Shown here: positions 25,294 to 39,342 of the stretch, piece after piece | Layout: each line of letters begins with the position of its first letter | Position numbering within the stretch: position 1 is the stretch's first letter | The notes under the pieces: generated by a model | Told to the model about the DNA's origin: nothing | The model's database searches: none | What the model saw: the letters and a program-made list of their open reading frames with translations, nothing else | Assembly (NCBI RefSeq): GCF_004010195.1 | Contig: NC_057749.1 | Coordinates: 9,027,787 to 9,091,786, forward strand | Direction: 5' to 3' | DNA length: 64,000 nucleotides | Source of the DNA: Chiloscyllium plagiosum | Taxonomy: Eukaryota | Position numbers and translations under genes: made by a program

Positions 25294-26637
25294 TCTCTAC
25301 CTTCTGATGCTGCCTGGCTTGCTGTGTTCGTCCAGCCTCCAGCTTGTCTACTTTGTATGGACTGCATTCACAACTCTCTGAAACTGATGGTCGCTAATAC
25401 CATCCAAGTTAGTTCCATTGACATGAAAAAGGTGTATCAAGCAGATGGCATTACGTTTGAATCTGTACTGATACTCCTGTTACTTTACCAGATGAAAATT
25501 CCATCATAAGCTGCCTCTGAGGCCCAGTTACATTAAATACAGAGACCTCTTTTGACAATGACATATTTACTGGAGGATGCATTGTCTGAAAGCATTTTTG
25601 GGAGGAGTTGATCGTATTACTGGACAGAGTCACAGAGAGTTCCTTGTGTTCACAGCCTGTACCTTCGTCCAAGTCTTTTAATACCAGTTACAGTGTGAGT
25701 GAAGTGCTTGGTAACGTGCAAAGTTAATGATCTGTTCCACATTAGGCATAAACGACAGGCAATGCAATATCACAAGCTTTGCTAGCGCACAAACAGAAAT
25801 ATCTGCTGTGTTTTTGGTTCGACACTGATACCTAGGAGTCTTTCTTTGTGAACCTGAATATCTCAATTAATAAAGTGCATGGGTGTAGTTGGTCTAAGTA
25901 TGTACATATTTTTGGACACTGGCTTATGTATTGCTTTAAATTAATATTTGTGTAAATGTTGTCTCCTAAATAAATCTTTTGATTGCAAACAGATGCTGTA
26001 CTCTTTTGTTTGTCCACAGAAGTCTCTGTGTAATTCTCGTTCCCTCTTCTCCAGGAGGTGCTGAGTCACATTAGGAAGTAGGTCCATCATGATTATCTCT
26101 GTTCCTCTGAAAGGGGGTACATGGAAGTGAACATTAAACACAAGCTCATCACTGCTTGTGCTGGAGATGTATTGGGTGGTGGCATGGCAATGAACTCAAG
26201 GCTAATGCTCCGAGAGACATAAATTCAAATCTCCACCATGGATCATGATGAAATTTGAATTCAATAAAATTCTGGGATTAAAGCTAGGCTAATGCCAACC
26301 ATGTGGAAACTTACATGGTTCACCATTGCACTTTAGAGAAGGAAATCTGTCTTCTCACCTGGTCTGGCCTACATATAATCCACCAGTAATGTGGTTGATA
26401 GCCAATAAACTACTCAGTTAAACAGCAATTAATGGTAACCTTACCATGATTATTTTTTTTAAAATGTCTTCCTGCAGAAACCATCTTCTATAAGGATGTG
26501 ATATCACTAGAGGGGGTACAGAGGAGGTTCACTAGGATGTTGCCTGGGATGGAGAAATTCAACTTTAAGGAGAGACGAGAGAGGCTTGGATTGTTTTCAT
26601 TCGAGCGGAGAAGACAGAGGGGGGGGACAAGACTAAG

Positions 26638-27137
26638 NNNNNNNNNNNNNNNNNNNNNNNNNNNNNNNNNNNNNNNNNNNNNNNNNNNNNNNNNNNNNNN
26701 NNNNNNNNNNNNNNNNNNNNNNNNNNNNNNNNNNNNNNNNNNNNNNNNNNNNNNNNNNNNNNNNNNNNNNNNNNNNNNNNNNNNNNNNNNNNNNNNNNNN
26801 NNNNNNNNNNNNNNNNNNNNNNNNNNNNNNNNNNNNNNNNNNNNNNNNNNNNNNNNNNNNNNNNNNNNNNNNNNNNNNNNNNNNNNNNNNNNNNNNNNNN
26901 NNNNNNNNNNNNNNNNNNNNNNNNNNNNNNNNNNNNNNNNNNNNNNNNNNNNNNNNNNNNNNNNNNNNNNNNNNNNNNNNNNNNNNNNNNNNNNNNNNNN
27001 NNNNNNNNNNNNNNNNNNNNNNNNNNNNNNNNNNNNNNNNNNNNNNNNNNNNNNNNNNNNNNNNNNNNNNNNNNNNNNNNNNNNNNNNNNNNNNNNNNNN
27101 NNNNNNNNNNNNNNNNNNNNNNNNNNNNNNNNNNNNN
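26638..27137. other. Assembly gap (500 N)
   Basis: Run of N. Confidence 1.
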
Positions 27138-27540
27138 TGGGCAACAAAGGCTGGTCTTGCAAGTGATACCCACCTTCCATGGTAGAATAGTTGATAGTAT
27201 CTTTTCTTTTCCCCACCCCCTTTCTGGTGTCTATGTTAGCCTACATTCCCTTTCTCTACATCATCACCCCCACCCCCCGTCACCTTTACATCTCCACGCT
27301 GTATAATACAGAGTTCTCACAACAAATTAGTGGATCAATCGGTATTTCGAGTGCAGGTCAAAATGAATACACTCCACTGAGCCAGCCTTACGCTGTAAAA
27401 GATTTAGAGTTGCCCACAGTTGGAAGTCTGATGAGGAATCATTGGACCACTGGGTCAGTTAGACAGCCAATCCCTTACCTATACAATGAGTCTTGCCTGA
27501 CAATTGTACCTCCTTTCCCAATATTGATTGGAACCTCCTT

Positions 27541-29945
27541 TGAGCAGATGGTTTGGAAGGAGCTGTTTTTGTAAGGTGTGTTCAGGAGGGTTTCCTAACT
27601 CAGTATATTAACAGGCCGACAAGGGGAGAGGCCATTTTGGATTTGGTGCTCGGCAATGAGCCGGGGCAGATGTCAGATCTTGCGGTGGGAGAGCATTTTG
27701 GTGATAGTGACCACAACTGCCTCACATTCTACATAGCTATGGAGAAGGAGTGAAGCAGGCACAATGGGAGGATATTCAATTGGGGAAAAGGAAACTATGA
27801 TGCTATCAGACGTGTGTTGGAAAGCATGGACTGGGAGCAATTGTTCCACGGGAAGGGCACTATAGACATGTGGAGACTGTTTAAGGAACAGTTGTTGCGA
27901 GTGATGCACAAATGTGTACCTCTGAGACTGGCAAGAAGGGGTAAGATAAAGGAACCTTGGATGACGAGAGCGGAGGAGCTCCTCGTCAAAAAAAAGAAGG
28001 CAGCTTATGTAAGGTGGAGGAAGCAAGGGTCTTGCTCAGCTCTAGGGGATTACAGGCAGGCGAGGAAGGAGCTCAAAAATGGTCTGAAGAGAGCCGGGGG
28101 GGGGCACAAAAAAGGCTTGGCAGGAAGGATTAGGGAGAATCCAAAGGCACATGTATGTGAGGAATAAGAGAATGATCAAAAAGAGTAGGGCCGATCAGGG
28201 ATAGCATAGGGAACTTGTGTATAGAGTCTGAGGAGGTAGGGGAAGCCCTAAATGAGTTTTTTGCTTCTGTCTTTGCTGAAGAAAAGGACCTTGTAGTGAA
28301 TGAAACCATTGAGGAGCAGGGAAGCATGCTGGAATAGATAGAGATTGAGGAAGCTGATCTGCTGAAAATTTTGACAAACATTAAGATTGACAAGTCGCCA
28401 GGCCCGGACCAGATTTGTCCTCAGCTGCTTTGGGAAGCGAGAAATGTGATTGCTTCGCTGCTAACGAAGATCTTTGTATCCTCCCTCTCAACCGGAGTCA
28501 TACCTGAGGACTGGAGGGAGGCAAATGTAATTCCTCTCTTCAAGAAAGGAAATAGGGAAATCCCCGGCAATTACAGACCAGTCAGTTTCACGTCTGTCAT
28601 CTGCAAGGTGTTAGAAAGGATTCTGAGGGATAGGATTTATGACCATCGGGAAGTACATGGCTTGATTAAATGCAGTCAGCACGGCTTTGTGAGGGGCAGG
28701 TCATGCCTCACAAATCTTATTCAGTTCTTTGAGGATGTTACTAGACAAGTTGATGAGGGTCGAGCGGTGGACGTGGTGTGTGTGGACTTCAGCAAGGCAT
28801 TTAATAAGGTTCCCCATGGTCGGGTTGTTCAGAAGGTCAGGAGGAATGGGATACAGGGAAATTAAGCTGTCTGGATACAAAATTGGCTGGTCGACAGAAG
28901 ACAGCGAGTGGTAGTGGAAGGAAAGTATTCTGCCTGGAAGTCAGTGGTGAATGGTGTTCCACAGGGCTCTGTCCTTGGGCCTCTACTCTTTGTAATTTTT
29001 ATTAATGATTTGGATGAGGAGATTGAAGGATGGGTTAGCAAGTTTGCAGACGACACAAAGGTTGGAGGTGTCGTTGACAGTATAGAGGACTGTTGTAGGC
29101 TGCAGCGTGACATTGACAGGATGCAGTGATGGGCTGAGAGGTGGCAGCTGGAGTTCAACCTGGATAAATGCGAAGTGGTGCATTTTGGAAGGTCAAACTT
29201 GAAAGGTGAGTACAGGATTAAAGACAGGATTCTTGGCAGTGTGGAGGAACAGAGGGATCTTGGTGTACAGGTACATAGATCCCTTAAAATGGCCACCCAA
29301 GTGGACAGGGTTGTTAAAAAAGCATATGGTGTTTTGGCTTTCATTAACAGGGGGATTGAGTTTAAGAGCCGTGAGACCTTGTTGCAGCTCTATAAATTTT
29401 TGGTTAGACCGCACTTGGAATACTGTGTCCAGTTCTGGTCACTCTGTTATAAGAAAGATGTGGAGGCTTTGGAGAGGGTTCAGAGAAGGTTTACCAGGAT
29501 GCTGCCTGGAATAGAGGGCTTATCTTATGAAGAGAGGTTGACTGAGCTCGGACTTTTTTCATTGGAAAAAAGAAGGAAGAGAGGGGACCTAACTGAGATG
29601 TACAAGATAATGAGAGGCATAGATAGAGTTCATAACCAGAGACTTTTTCCCAGGGCAGAAATTGTTAACACGAGGGGTCATAGTTTTAAGCTATTTGGCA
29701 GAAAGTATAGAGGGGATGTCAGAGGTGGGTTCTTTACGCAGAGAGTTGCGAGAGTATGGAATGCGTTGCCAGCAGCAGTTGTGGAAGCGAGGTCATTGGG
29801 GATATTTAAGAGACTGCTGGACATGCATATGGTCACAGACATTTGAGGGTTAGTACATTAAGTTTACCTCACACATGAGGATCAATGGTCGGTTCAACAG
29901 CGTGGGCTGAAGGCCTGTTCTGTGCTGTACTGTTCTATGTTCTTT
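27541..29945 (+). mobile_element. 5'-truncated, decayed CR1-clade (HER1-like) LINE ORF2 with reverse transcriptase
   Basis: Fragmented ORFs with ILDLVL..SDH (endonuclease end), KSPGPDQI, NYRPVS, QHGFVRGRSCLTNL, DFSKAF, GVPQGSVLGPLLF, KFADDTK, LVRPHLEYCVQFW; stops and frameshifts; 3' tail tgttctatgttct. Confidence 0.95.
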
Positions 29946-30079
29946 CAAACCTCCAGTTCCAACTTCAAATGTATTGATCACAATAAAATCCCACGACTTT
30001 TGTTATTGTCCCTACGGCACACATCAAATCATTTACTTTCTGAATGGAAGCAATTCAGTACTTGAATTTTGTCACCTAA

Positions 30080-30383
30080 ATCATAGAATCCCTACAATGT
30101 AGAAAGAGGCCATTTGGCTGATTGGGTATACACCCAATCCCGGCACCCCATCCAATTCCTGTATTTCCTATGGCTAATCCACCTAGCCTACGCATTCTTA
30201 GACACTATGGGCAAGTTAGCATGGCACATCTTTCGGGCTATGGGAGGAATCCGGAGCACCCAGAGGAAACCCACACTGACATGGGGAGAATGTGCAAAAC
30301 TCCACACAGACAGTCGCCCGAGGGTGGAACTGAATCCAGGTCCCTGGCACTGTGAGGCAGCAGTGCTAATCACTGAGCCACCC
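30080..30383 (-). mobile_element. HE1-type SINE
   Basis: Same family, reverse strand. Confidence 0.85.
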
Positions 30384-32132
30384 ATCACATAGTCACTGTC
30401 ACATAAACCAAGGTACAGAGAGAAGTCACAGCAATGAGGTCACAGCAAATGCATCAAAATCATTGAAAACTGGAGAAACGTGTCCTGTTTACCTCATGGA
30501 GGTGGAGGGAGGGGCATACAATGTAATAAATGGAATAGAGGAGGTACAACTAGGAAATCCCTGACACTTCATTATAGATTACCCTCCATCGCACCTCAGA
30601 TCCAAGAGGAGAAATAACAGTTTGGAGAATTCCTCTTTGACACACACCCCTTTGGTCATCACAGTCCATCCAGGAGATGACAAAGATGCACCTTCTGTGC
30701 TCTTGCTCTGAAATGTCTCATGTCAGTCAAAAGCCTTGAGGTGTTTAGCTTTCCACAGCAACGTTGTAACTTGCAATTCCACACGGAATCAACGTGTGAG
30801 GACTGCACTGGTCTAGATATATCCAACTCACCATGATATAACAGAAACATTCAACAACTGACATCTGTTTCAGAGAAACATCACAACAATTAACCCAGGT
30901 ACTGAAAAGATTGAAATACAAAACAGGAAATGAAATTGAGAAATTTGAGCTGTGTTAGTCTTGAAATGTAATGGCAGGAAGATGTTAGAGGATGTTGAGT
31001 GATACAGGAGGAGTAGGTTAACTTTAAAATATGGAGCCGTTGATTAAAGACCTTTTTCCATAAGATTACCCGACATGTACAAAACACAGAAACAAGTCCA
31101 CAAGCCTCCTCTCAGCCCTCAACACTGACAGACCGCAGGAGGAAATCTTAAAACAGAAAGTGAACAGGACAGTGAAATCAAACAACTGTACATCTCTAAA
31201 TGCAGGTATTAACCAAATGCTGACTTTCAGTCTTAAATGTTACATGCCAAACACAAGACACTAGACAGTCACACTCCTTCCCCAGGAGAAAAGGGAAGTA
31301 CAATGAAATTATTTGCATTTGAAAAGACAAAGTCTGGATGTTCTTTAGTATTTTATCATATAAGAAACAGCATTCCAGCAAAACATAATTTGACACATCA
31401 ATATAGATACAGCTCTGGTTATTATTGTTACATACATATCACAATCCATAAAAGAATCTCATGCTAAATATGTATCTTTACAAAATTAGGAATCAAACCC
31501 TATTAGTATGATTGTCACAAATCATGATTTCTCATTAGTGGACAGAACATGCTTGAGGAGCTCAATGGTCTACTCCCATCCCTATTCTGCCAGTGTGTTT
31601 TGTAAAATACACAAGTGCAAACTCAGCACCAGACTGTGGTAAATTAAAATAAATTTATAATTCCTGATATTATGCTTTCCTCAGTGACAGTTCCTGCAGA
31701 GTGTATGCACATATCACGATAATTCCTTTTCGATCAGAACTGAGAGACCCTTTATTTAGAAATAAAACTGACAAATTTCCAAACTCAGCACAACCTACAT
31801 CTTTGGCACTGCACAAATATCGGCAACAACTTTCATTGGAAAATGCCCGATTATTCCTGGGACTTTTAACAAGCCTTTTACGGAATTGCATGCTTTAGGA
31901 CGAAGAATACTCTCAATATTATTAATGTGCAGCTAATTACAGAGAAGAAGAAACACTGAACTTCCTTTTCCTGGCTGAGACGCTTCATCGCAATCTGTTA
32001 AATTGACCTGCACTGAATGTTCAAAATGAATATTGTTTATAAGGAAAGGTGGTTAGGAGATTGTGGGAGGTGATGGGTCCATAGTTTTGTCACTAGGCTA
32101 GTAATCCAGAGACCCAGGTAATGCCCAGGGGA

Positions 32133-32357
32133 ACAAAACAGAAATTGCAGGAGAAACTCAGCAAGTCTGGCAGCATCTGTGGAGAGAAAGCAGAGTTAAC
32201 AGTTCTAATCTGGTGATCCTTTGACAGAACCTCTACTAATTCTGATGAAGGGTCACTGGACCCGAAACGTTGGCATTACTTTCTCTCCCCAGATACTGCC
32301 AGACCTGCTGAGTTTCTCCAACAATTTCTGGTTTTTTTTCAGATTTCCAGTTTGTTT
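32133..32357 (+). mobile_element. Foldback element with intact hammerhead core, nested in a tRNA-derived SINE
   Basis: CTGATGA(32242-32248)-A-GGGTC-ACTG-GACCC-GAAAC-GTT(32271); roughly 90-bp inverted arms; degenerate duplication taatgcccagggga / taacgtcctgggga. Confidence 0.8.
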
Positions 32358-35264
32358 TAACGTCCTGGGGACCCAGGTTTAAATCTTTCCATGGCAGATG
32401 GTAGAATTTGAACATAATGAAAATTTGGAGTTAAAAGTCTAATGATGACCATGAAAGCATTGTTGGTTCGCTAATGTCCATTAGGGAAGAAATTTGCTGG
32501 GTCTGGACTAGTGCGATTTCAGATCGACAGCAACATGGTTGACTCTTAATTGCCTTCTGGGTAATTAGGGAGGGGCATCAAATGTGATCTAACCAGCTTG
32601 TTGATGAATTCAAAAAAAGTGAGATATTTTTAGGGTGGGAGGAGAAAGACTTTAAAAAGACACGAGAGGCTTTTTTCTTAGACAGAGTGTGGTTCACATG
32701 TGGAATGAATCTCCAGAGGAAGTGTTGGATGCAGATAGTTACAACATTAAAAGACAGTTAAATAAGAACATGAATAGAAAATATTTGGAGGGATATGGGC
32801 AGGCAGGTGGGACTAGTTTAGTTTGGAATTATGGTTGGCATGGAGTGGTTGGGCTGAAAGCTCTGTTTCTGTGCTGTATGACTCTGACAGTGAAATTAAG
32901 AACTAACCATAATAATATCCTTACAACAGCTGGGAAATCGGGAAGAAGAGGGCATCAGTTTAAGGTTAGAGGGGAAAGAATAAAAGGGAATCTAAGAGGG
33001 CAACTTTTTTTTTTACACAGAGGGTGGTACGCATATAGAATGAGCTGCCAACAGAAGTGGTTGAGGGGGGAACATTAACAACATTTAAAAGACATTTGGA
33101 CAAATACGTGGATAGGAAAGATTTAGAAGGATATGGGCCAAGTACAGGGAAGTAGGGTAAGCGTGGATGGACATTTTGGTCGGCATAGATCAGTTTGGGC
33201 CAAAGAGCCTGTCTGTGTGCTGTAGGACTCTATGACTCTAACAGTGACTGATCATTTGTACATGGAGCTGTACCATCATGCTGCTGTTGACACAAAACTG
33301 ACACCTCGTGAAACCCAAGTCCCACCTACTTATGCGCACAGTTTGTAAGCAATGAATGTCAACAGTTCACACCAGCATAGTGCTTGGTCTTTGGATATTT
33401 CCAGGTACGAATGGCAGTTACTGGATTCTCTGAGGGGGTCAAGTCATATCCTGTCATTTATGATAAAGAAAACTGTAAGATTAAAATAGTTAGATATTTA
33501 GTTGGATGGTACAGTTTTTGACTGGGAGCTGAAATTTATGAAATTTAAAAAGCAATGCAGTAGGAATGAAAACTAGTTTAATAGGCTGGAGCAACTAACA
33601 AGGTATAGTTGTTCAAAAAATACAGTAACCTAAGCAGCATCAAGGTTGTCTAATCTCCCCTGCCAATCTATCCCTGGCACTGTGAGACAGCAATGCTAAT
33701 CATTGTGCCACCCATGTACACTAGTTCATGGCTCCCCGAGTAACAGAAATATCTTCTGAATACGTACCCCCTGTCAGATCCCCTCATAACCTTACATGGG
33801 CAATCAAGGCCTAATCAAATACCTGTCCAATAGGAAGGCGCTCAGGTAGTAACTAGGACCAGTCAATCAACTCAGAATATAAGCAAAGTGCAATGCACCC
33901 AATGAAATCAGGAAAGCACAAAGTGTGCAGCAGAGACTGCTCGGACAGATTTGGGGTATTACCGGTAGCAGTATGCTTTATTTCACCTCCGGCATCCCCC
34001 CTGCACAGTAGGAAGAAAGATAAGTGTAAATTCTCTGCAGATTGCAGCTTTCTTTGATCCCAAAGCTAAGTGTTTAATTGTTTTAAAATAAATCATTTGC
34101 TTATTACTGAAATGGAATACATGTTGACAAAACTTCTTGACTTGCTCTCATCAGGGCCAATGCAAGAATGTCAAATTTGAAACAATTTATACTCCAGGAG
34201 AAAAAGGTTGGAACCTAAATAATTGGACGAAATTAATTTGGCATATAAAGTTCAGGAATTGTAAATGAGGAAAGCATGATATGTCTAATTACACATTGAT
34301 TTTACCACAGTTTATAGGCTGCATGCACATATGATTGACACGCTGGCAATACATGAACTGGAAGAGGGGTCTAATGGTGCAGTGGTATTGTCTCTACCTC
34401 TGGGTCAAGAGGTCCAAGTTCAAGTACAACCTGCTCCAGAGGTGAGTCCTAACATCGCTGAACAGGACGATTAGAAAATATCTATATGAACAGGAGGAGG
34501 CCATTCAGCCCCTCAAGCCTGATCCAATATTCACAGTTGATCTGTTTCTGAGCTCCCTCCAGCCAACTTGTCCCTCAGTTGGCTAGGCTAGCAAGAAAGC
34601 TATTGATAGGTAGGGCAACCTACACACCTATAGACTGCTACCATCCAGTCAGCTGGCAGAAAAGTCACGTGTGAGGCAATCGCACTGACTTCACAGATAT
34701 TATTACACAGAATCTTACAGCAGAGGAGGAGGCCACTCAGCCCACTGTACCTATCCAACTCATCAACAGAGTTCAAGCATCTGCTAACTTCCCTTTCAAG
34801 GATTTATCCTGTTCCTATTTGGAGCCTCCTATTGTGTTGAGTCCATTTCCACCAAAGTTTCAGGCAGCGCATTCTAAATCACATCAGCTCCTGTATAAAC
34901 CTGGTTCCCATCAGCCTCCCTCCCAGATGCTGCCTCACCTGCTGCGCTTCTCCAGCAACACATTTCCATCTCCCTCATTCTTTCGCCAATCAGTTTAATG
35001 TTGAGTCCTCTGACAGTTTAAATATCTTATCCTAATTGCTCTATCAAAACCTCTCATAAATGTACACACCTCTATTAAACCTCCTCACCTTCTCTGTTCT
35101 ACAGAGAGTGCTTCCAGCTTCACACACTTCATTACTGAAAAAATGATGCACTTGAGACAAAATCACTGATTTTATTCATCCGATTCTGGATTTTGAAAAT
35201 TCTAGACTGTATGGCTTCCTGTATCAAAGGGATAACTAATCTGTCCATATATGTAAGATTTTTT

Positions 35265-36110
35265 ATTCACTTGTGAGATGTGGGCATCGCTGGCTGGGCC
35301 AGTGCTGTTCACTGGCCATCCTCAAGAAGATGGGGTTGAGCTGCCTACTTGAATCACTGCAGTCCATATGCTATAGGGACACCCACAATGCCCTCAGGGA
35401 GGAAATTCCAGGACTTTGAGCCAGTGACACTGAAGGAATGGTGATATATTTCCACGTTAGGATGGTGAGCAGCTCGGAGGGGAAATTGGAGGAGGTGGTG
35501 CTCCAATGTATCTACTGCCCTTGGCTTTCCAGATGGCAATGATTGAGGGTTTGGAAGGCGCTGTCTAAAGATCGTTGGAGAATTTCTGCAGTACATCTTC
35601 TAGATTGTACACACTGCTACTGAACGTCTCTGGCGGAGGAAGTGAGTGTTTGCGGATGTGGTGCCAATCAAGCAGACTGCCTTATGCTGGATGGTGTCAA
35701 GCTTTTTGAGTGCAGTTGGGGCTGTACCCATCTAAGTGAAGAGTATTCCAGCACACTCTTGACGTCCGGCTTGTAGGTGATAGACAGACTTTGGGGGAGA
35801 CAGGACATGAGTTACCTGCAGTATTTCTAGCAGGAAGTGAGACTGCAGATGCTGGAGATCAGAGTCAAGAGTGTGGTGCTGGGAAAGCACAGCAGGTCAT
35901 GCAGGAGAACCGACGTTTTAAGCATGAGGATGAAGAGCTTATGCCCGAAACGTCTGTTCTCCTGCTTCTCGTATGCTGCCTGACTGGCTGTGCTTTTCCA
36001 GCACCACACTCTCAACCAGTATTTCTAGCCTCTGACCTGCTCTTGTCGCCACTGCGTTTACTGTATATGGTGAGTCCAGGTGAGTTTCTGGTCAATGGAA
36101 ACCCTATGTA
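35265..36110 (-). mobile_element. Decayed LINE (CR1/L2 group) 3' fragment, interrupted by a foldback element
   Basis: SFSVTGSKSWNFLPEGIVG motif; similar pieces at about 44760-45010 and 51810-51900. Confidence 0.65.
35832..36016 (+). mobile_element. Foldback element with hammerhead remnant
   Basis: GATGA-A-GAGC-TTAT-GCCC-GAAAC-GTC (about 35929-35954); perfect TSD CAGTATTTCTAGC at 35819-35831 and 36017-36029. Confidence 0.82.
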
Positions 36111-37505
36111 AATCTATAATTGTAACTGAGGGATTGTCTGGCATTAATTCAGTCATCAACTTCCATTTCTTGTACTTTGGAGATCTGTTCTCATCAGGAA
36201 GCGCATTCCTGCTCCTTGCAATGCATCATGGGGAAGTGGACATGATCAGGAGCAAGCACCAAGAATCAGGCTGTGCTCCCTAAAATGAAATCTCGCACAA
36301 GCTTTTATTGGGAAGGAAGGGCGAACTTGCATTTCTATAGTGCCTTTCATGTCCTCAGGACATCATTTCGCAAGGTATCCACCTTGCCCCATCATAAACA
36401 TGCAATGAAAGCACCTTCTGTTCACAAGAAGTCCGTCGTGGGTGCGTCTTTAAATTTATTCAAGGTTGAGTTAGAATGGTGGAGCAGGCTTGATGGGCCG
36501 AATGGCCTGCTTTTGTCACTCAGTCCTATATAAGGTCCAGGTGAGTTAAAAGGCAAAGGAACCAATTAATGGAAAGGATGGGGAAAACTATACTGAACAT
36601 TTGGTGGACAGATGGGAAAAGTGCTTTGGGGTTTTCATGTCCATCTGAACAGGGTAACTACAAAATGGTACCGATATACCTTCAGAAAACAGCTATGCCC
36701 CTTATATCTTTGCATAGAGTTACTCAAAATGTGGGGAAATAATTATACCCTTTTCAGATGATGGGGAGGGTAGGAATATTAAACATATCAGTTTTATTCA
36801 TATTGGACTGCCCATGTTTGGTCTCAACTCATCTATCCATAACCAGTTTTTACATTGAGAATGACTATTCAGAAGTGACAAAGATTCATCAATTAATAAG
36901 GAATTGAGCAACCATGCATTTAACATTGTAAAACCATTATTCCACCCATTGGCACCGCCCTCTGCATTGCCAAATTTTGCAAAATAAGCCATTTTGAGAT
37001 AAAGAGAAAAGACCTTTTCCACACGGTGAGTGGTCCCAGTTTGAAAAGCGCTGCCCGGAAGTGAGGTGGAGACAGGATCAGCCGAGGAATTCAAGAGGAG
37101 GCATTGGATGATTATTTCAGCGGAAACAGGGAGATGGGAAACGGGAAGGAATTTGGCACAAAGTCAAAATGCTCAGAGAGTCGGTGCAGGACTGAATGGT
37201 CTGAGATTCTGCGAACATGCAATTTATCAAAGGTCGAGCAACCGAGATGGAGGAACATTTCCCAAGCCTGTCTCACTCATAAACCAACCAACTTGCAGCA
37301 CACTGATGTGTGGAACCATTCATAATTGTGTCCTTAAACATGAGCAATCCTTTCCAAAACAAAATATTCCAGCACATTAACGCCACATAATATTACACGA
37401 AGGCAGTGCCCCCTTTAAGAGTATTGAGTTTCGATCATTTTTGGTTCTTAAAAGGATGCAAAGGTTTGTCTATTTAAAAATAATTTGGTTCTTCACCAAA
37501 GGATG

Positions 37506-38071
37506 TCATTTTTTATTCCTGTTCGACCTGTGCAATCTAAAAGGCCGAGGGGATAGCAGAAGCGAACACTTCATTGCAGGAGTCATCACTGTTCCCTGCG
37601 ACTTCTCGTCCTCACTCTGAGCTTCTGAGGAGAAATCACGCGGTGACTTGCTAGTATTCGGCGGTGCATCTGGACAGTTGGGTCTGGGAGGAGATGGAGT
37701 CCTGCTCTGGGTCATAGCAGGAGATGACCAGTCTGGCGAGCCAGCCCGTCTTGAATGCTTGTTGAACCTTGTCGACATACCGCTGAGCCAGGTCTCAGCG
37801 CAGGGAGCACCGGGTGAGGTGCAACCCACGTGCCGTTGCTCACCCTTGTCACTAGGGGTCGCTGTGGGTGAGATAGAGCCCCCCATCCGACAGGGAGATG
37901 GCTCCCTCATTCCTTGGTTACCGGGTTGGAGGTCCTGAAACAAGTGCATCGCCCAAGGGTTGCAGTGCTGCCCATCGGATGGCCTCGGAACTGCCCCCAG
38001 GATGGTGGTGATCAATGAGTCATGACTTTGCTCCCTCAAGCCCTGGACCTGTTGCCAATCTTTCATGTTTG
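37506..38071 (-). CDS. Coiled-coil protein gene, terminal coding exon (S/P-rich disordered tail)
   Basis: cattccccaacag|CA AAC ATG; joins the previous exon in phase 1 and continues as ORF 37506-38066 to ...LLSPRPFRLHRSNRNKK*. Confidence 0.85.
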
Positions 38072-38170
38072 CTGTTGGGGAATGGGGTTAGGGATGAGGA
38101 GGATAGCGTTAGAGATCAGCACAAGCCTTGAAAGGAACAGCGGCAATGGACGAGAATAGAGCGGCTTTAC

Positions 38171-38231
38171 CTGTCATGAGACATTCATTCTTGTGTCTTA
38201 GCGCCTCCATTTCACAAGCCATGGCAGCCAT
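38171..38231 (-). CDS. Coiled-coil protein gene, exon
   Basis: gcattgcag|ATG GCT...ACA G|gtaaag; MAAMACEMEALRHKNECLMT; 61 nt, phase 0 to 1. Confidence 0.88.
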
Positions 38232-38344
38232 CTGCAATGCAATTATGACAAGTGTTAAGCAAGTCAAGAAGCCAACTTAACAGAATCACTTAACAGAACT
38301 GGAAGAAGAAACATTTTTTAATTGATGGAATCTTTTGCTTACTA

Positions 38345-38701
38345 TGGCGAAAGTGCAGAAAGAGGCCATTCGTCCTGTCGAGGCTGCACCAATCCTCTGC
38401 AAGGCATCCCAAGCAGACCCATTCCCTCCCCCAAAAATCCTTGTAACCCCATATGGGGGTTTTTACTGTGGCTAATCCACATAACCTGCACATCCCTGGA
38501 CACTATGCAGCAATTTAGCATGGCCAATCCACCTAACCTGCACAACTTTGGACTATGTGAGGAAACTGGAGCAACCAGAGGGAACCCACGAAGACACAGG
38601 GAGAATGTGCAAACTCTACACAGACAGTCGCCCGAGGGTAGCATCAAACCCAGGTCCCTGGTGCTGTGAGGCAGCAGCACTAACCACTGAGTCACCATGC
38701 T
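38345..38701 (-). mobile_element. HE1-type SINE
   Basis: Same family, reverse strand. Confidence 0.85.
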
Positions 38702-38978
38702 GAAGTGATACCATTGTAGCTTGGAGGCTAATGCTTATTCAGTCTGTAAATAAATGTAGGTATGAGTAAGTATTGATTCCAATACTGAATGTTTTGGTTA
38801 TAACACTTATGTACATGAATTCTGAACTCCTGCCAAGATTTTCATATTTAAGTTCTTTAGTGAGAACTTTGTTCGGAAGATTCACACTGTTAACTCCCAG
38901 CAAGGACAGATTCTCTGTCACAATTACACGCAACCTTCACTGATCGCAAGGCAAGCTGCTGAGACGGTTTGCGGTTAC

Positions 38979-39134
38979 CTTTTCCGTTTTCACATCCAGG
39001 TGTTGCTGCAAGCTCTGAATCTCCTTTTCCAGCTTCTGGAAGCTTTGAAAACCAGGGTCTTCCTTCAGCTTCCGATTCTCTTCCTCCAAGTGCAGTTTCT
39101 GATCCTCCTGGGACTTCACCATTTCAACCACGTT
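38979..39134 (-). CDS. Coiled-coil protein gene, exon
   Basis: gtgtcacag|AAC GTG...GAA AAG|gtaacc; NVVEMVKSQEDQKLHLEEENRKLKEDPGFQSFQKLEKEIQSLQQHLDVKTEK; 156 nt; E/K/Q/L heptad character. Confidence 0.9.
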
Positions 39135-39342
39135 CTGTGACACACAGACAGCAGCAGGTTAATCCAGTGAGATTTGCGCAGATCAGACAGACGCCAATCC
39201 TAATCGCTGGACACTAACTCAATGACTCCTGGTAAAATACATGAGCCTGAGTGGCGTTGGCAATTATGTTTCTCAGTTGTGATGCCTTGCACAGTTGAAT
39301 AGCCCACAGTGAACAGGGATGAAGAATCAAAGGTTTTTTTTA

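Noticed and set aside
26488..27216. Long ORFs of 202-242 aa
   Set aside because: Artefacts spanning the 500-N gap.
27541..29945. Active or domesticated reverse transcriptase gene
   Set aside because: Several in-frame stops and frameshifts, and 5'-truncated; an ordinary dead CR1 copy.
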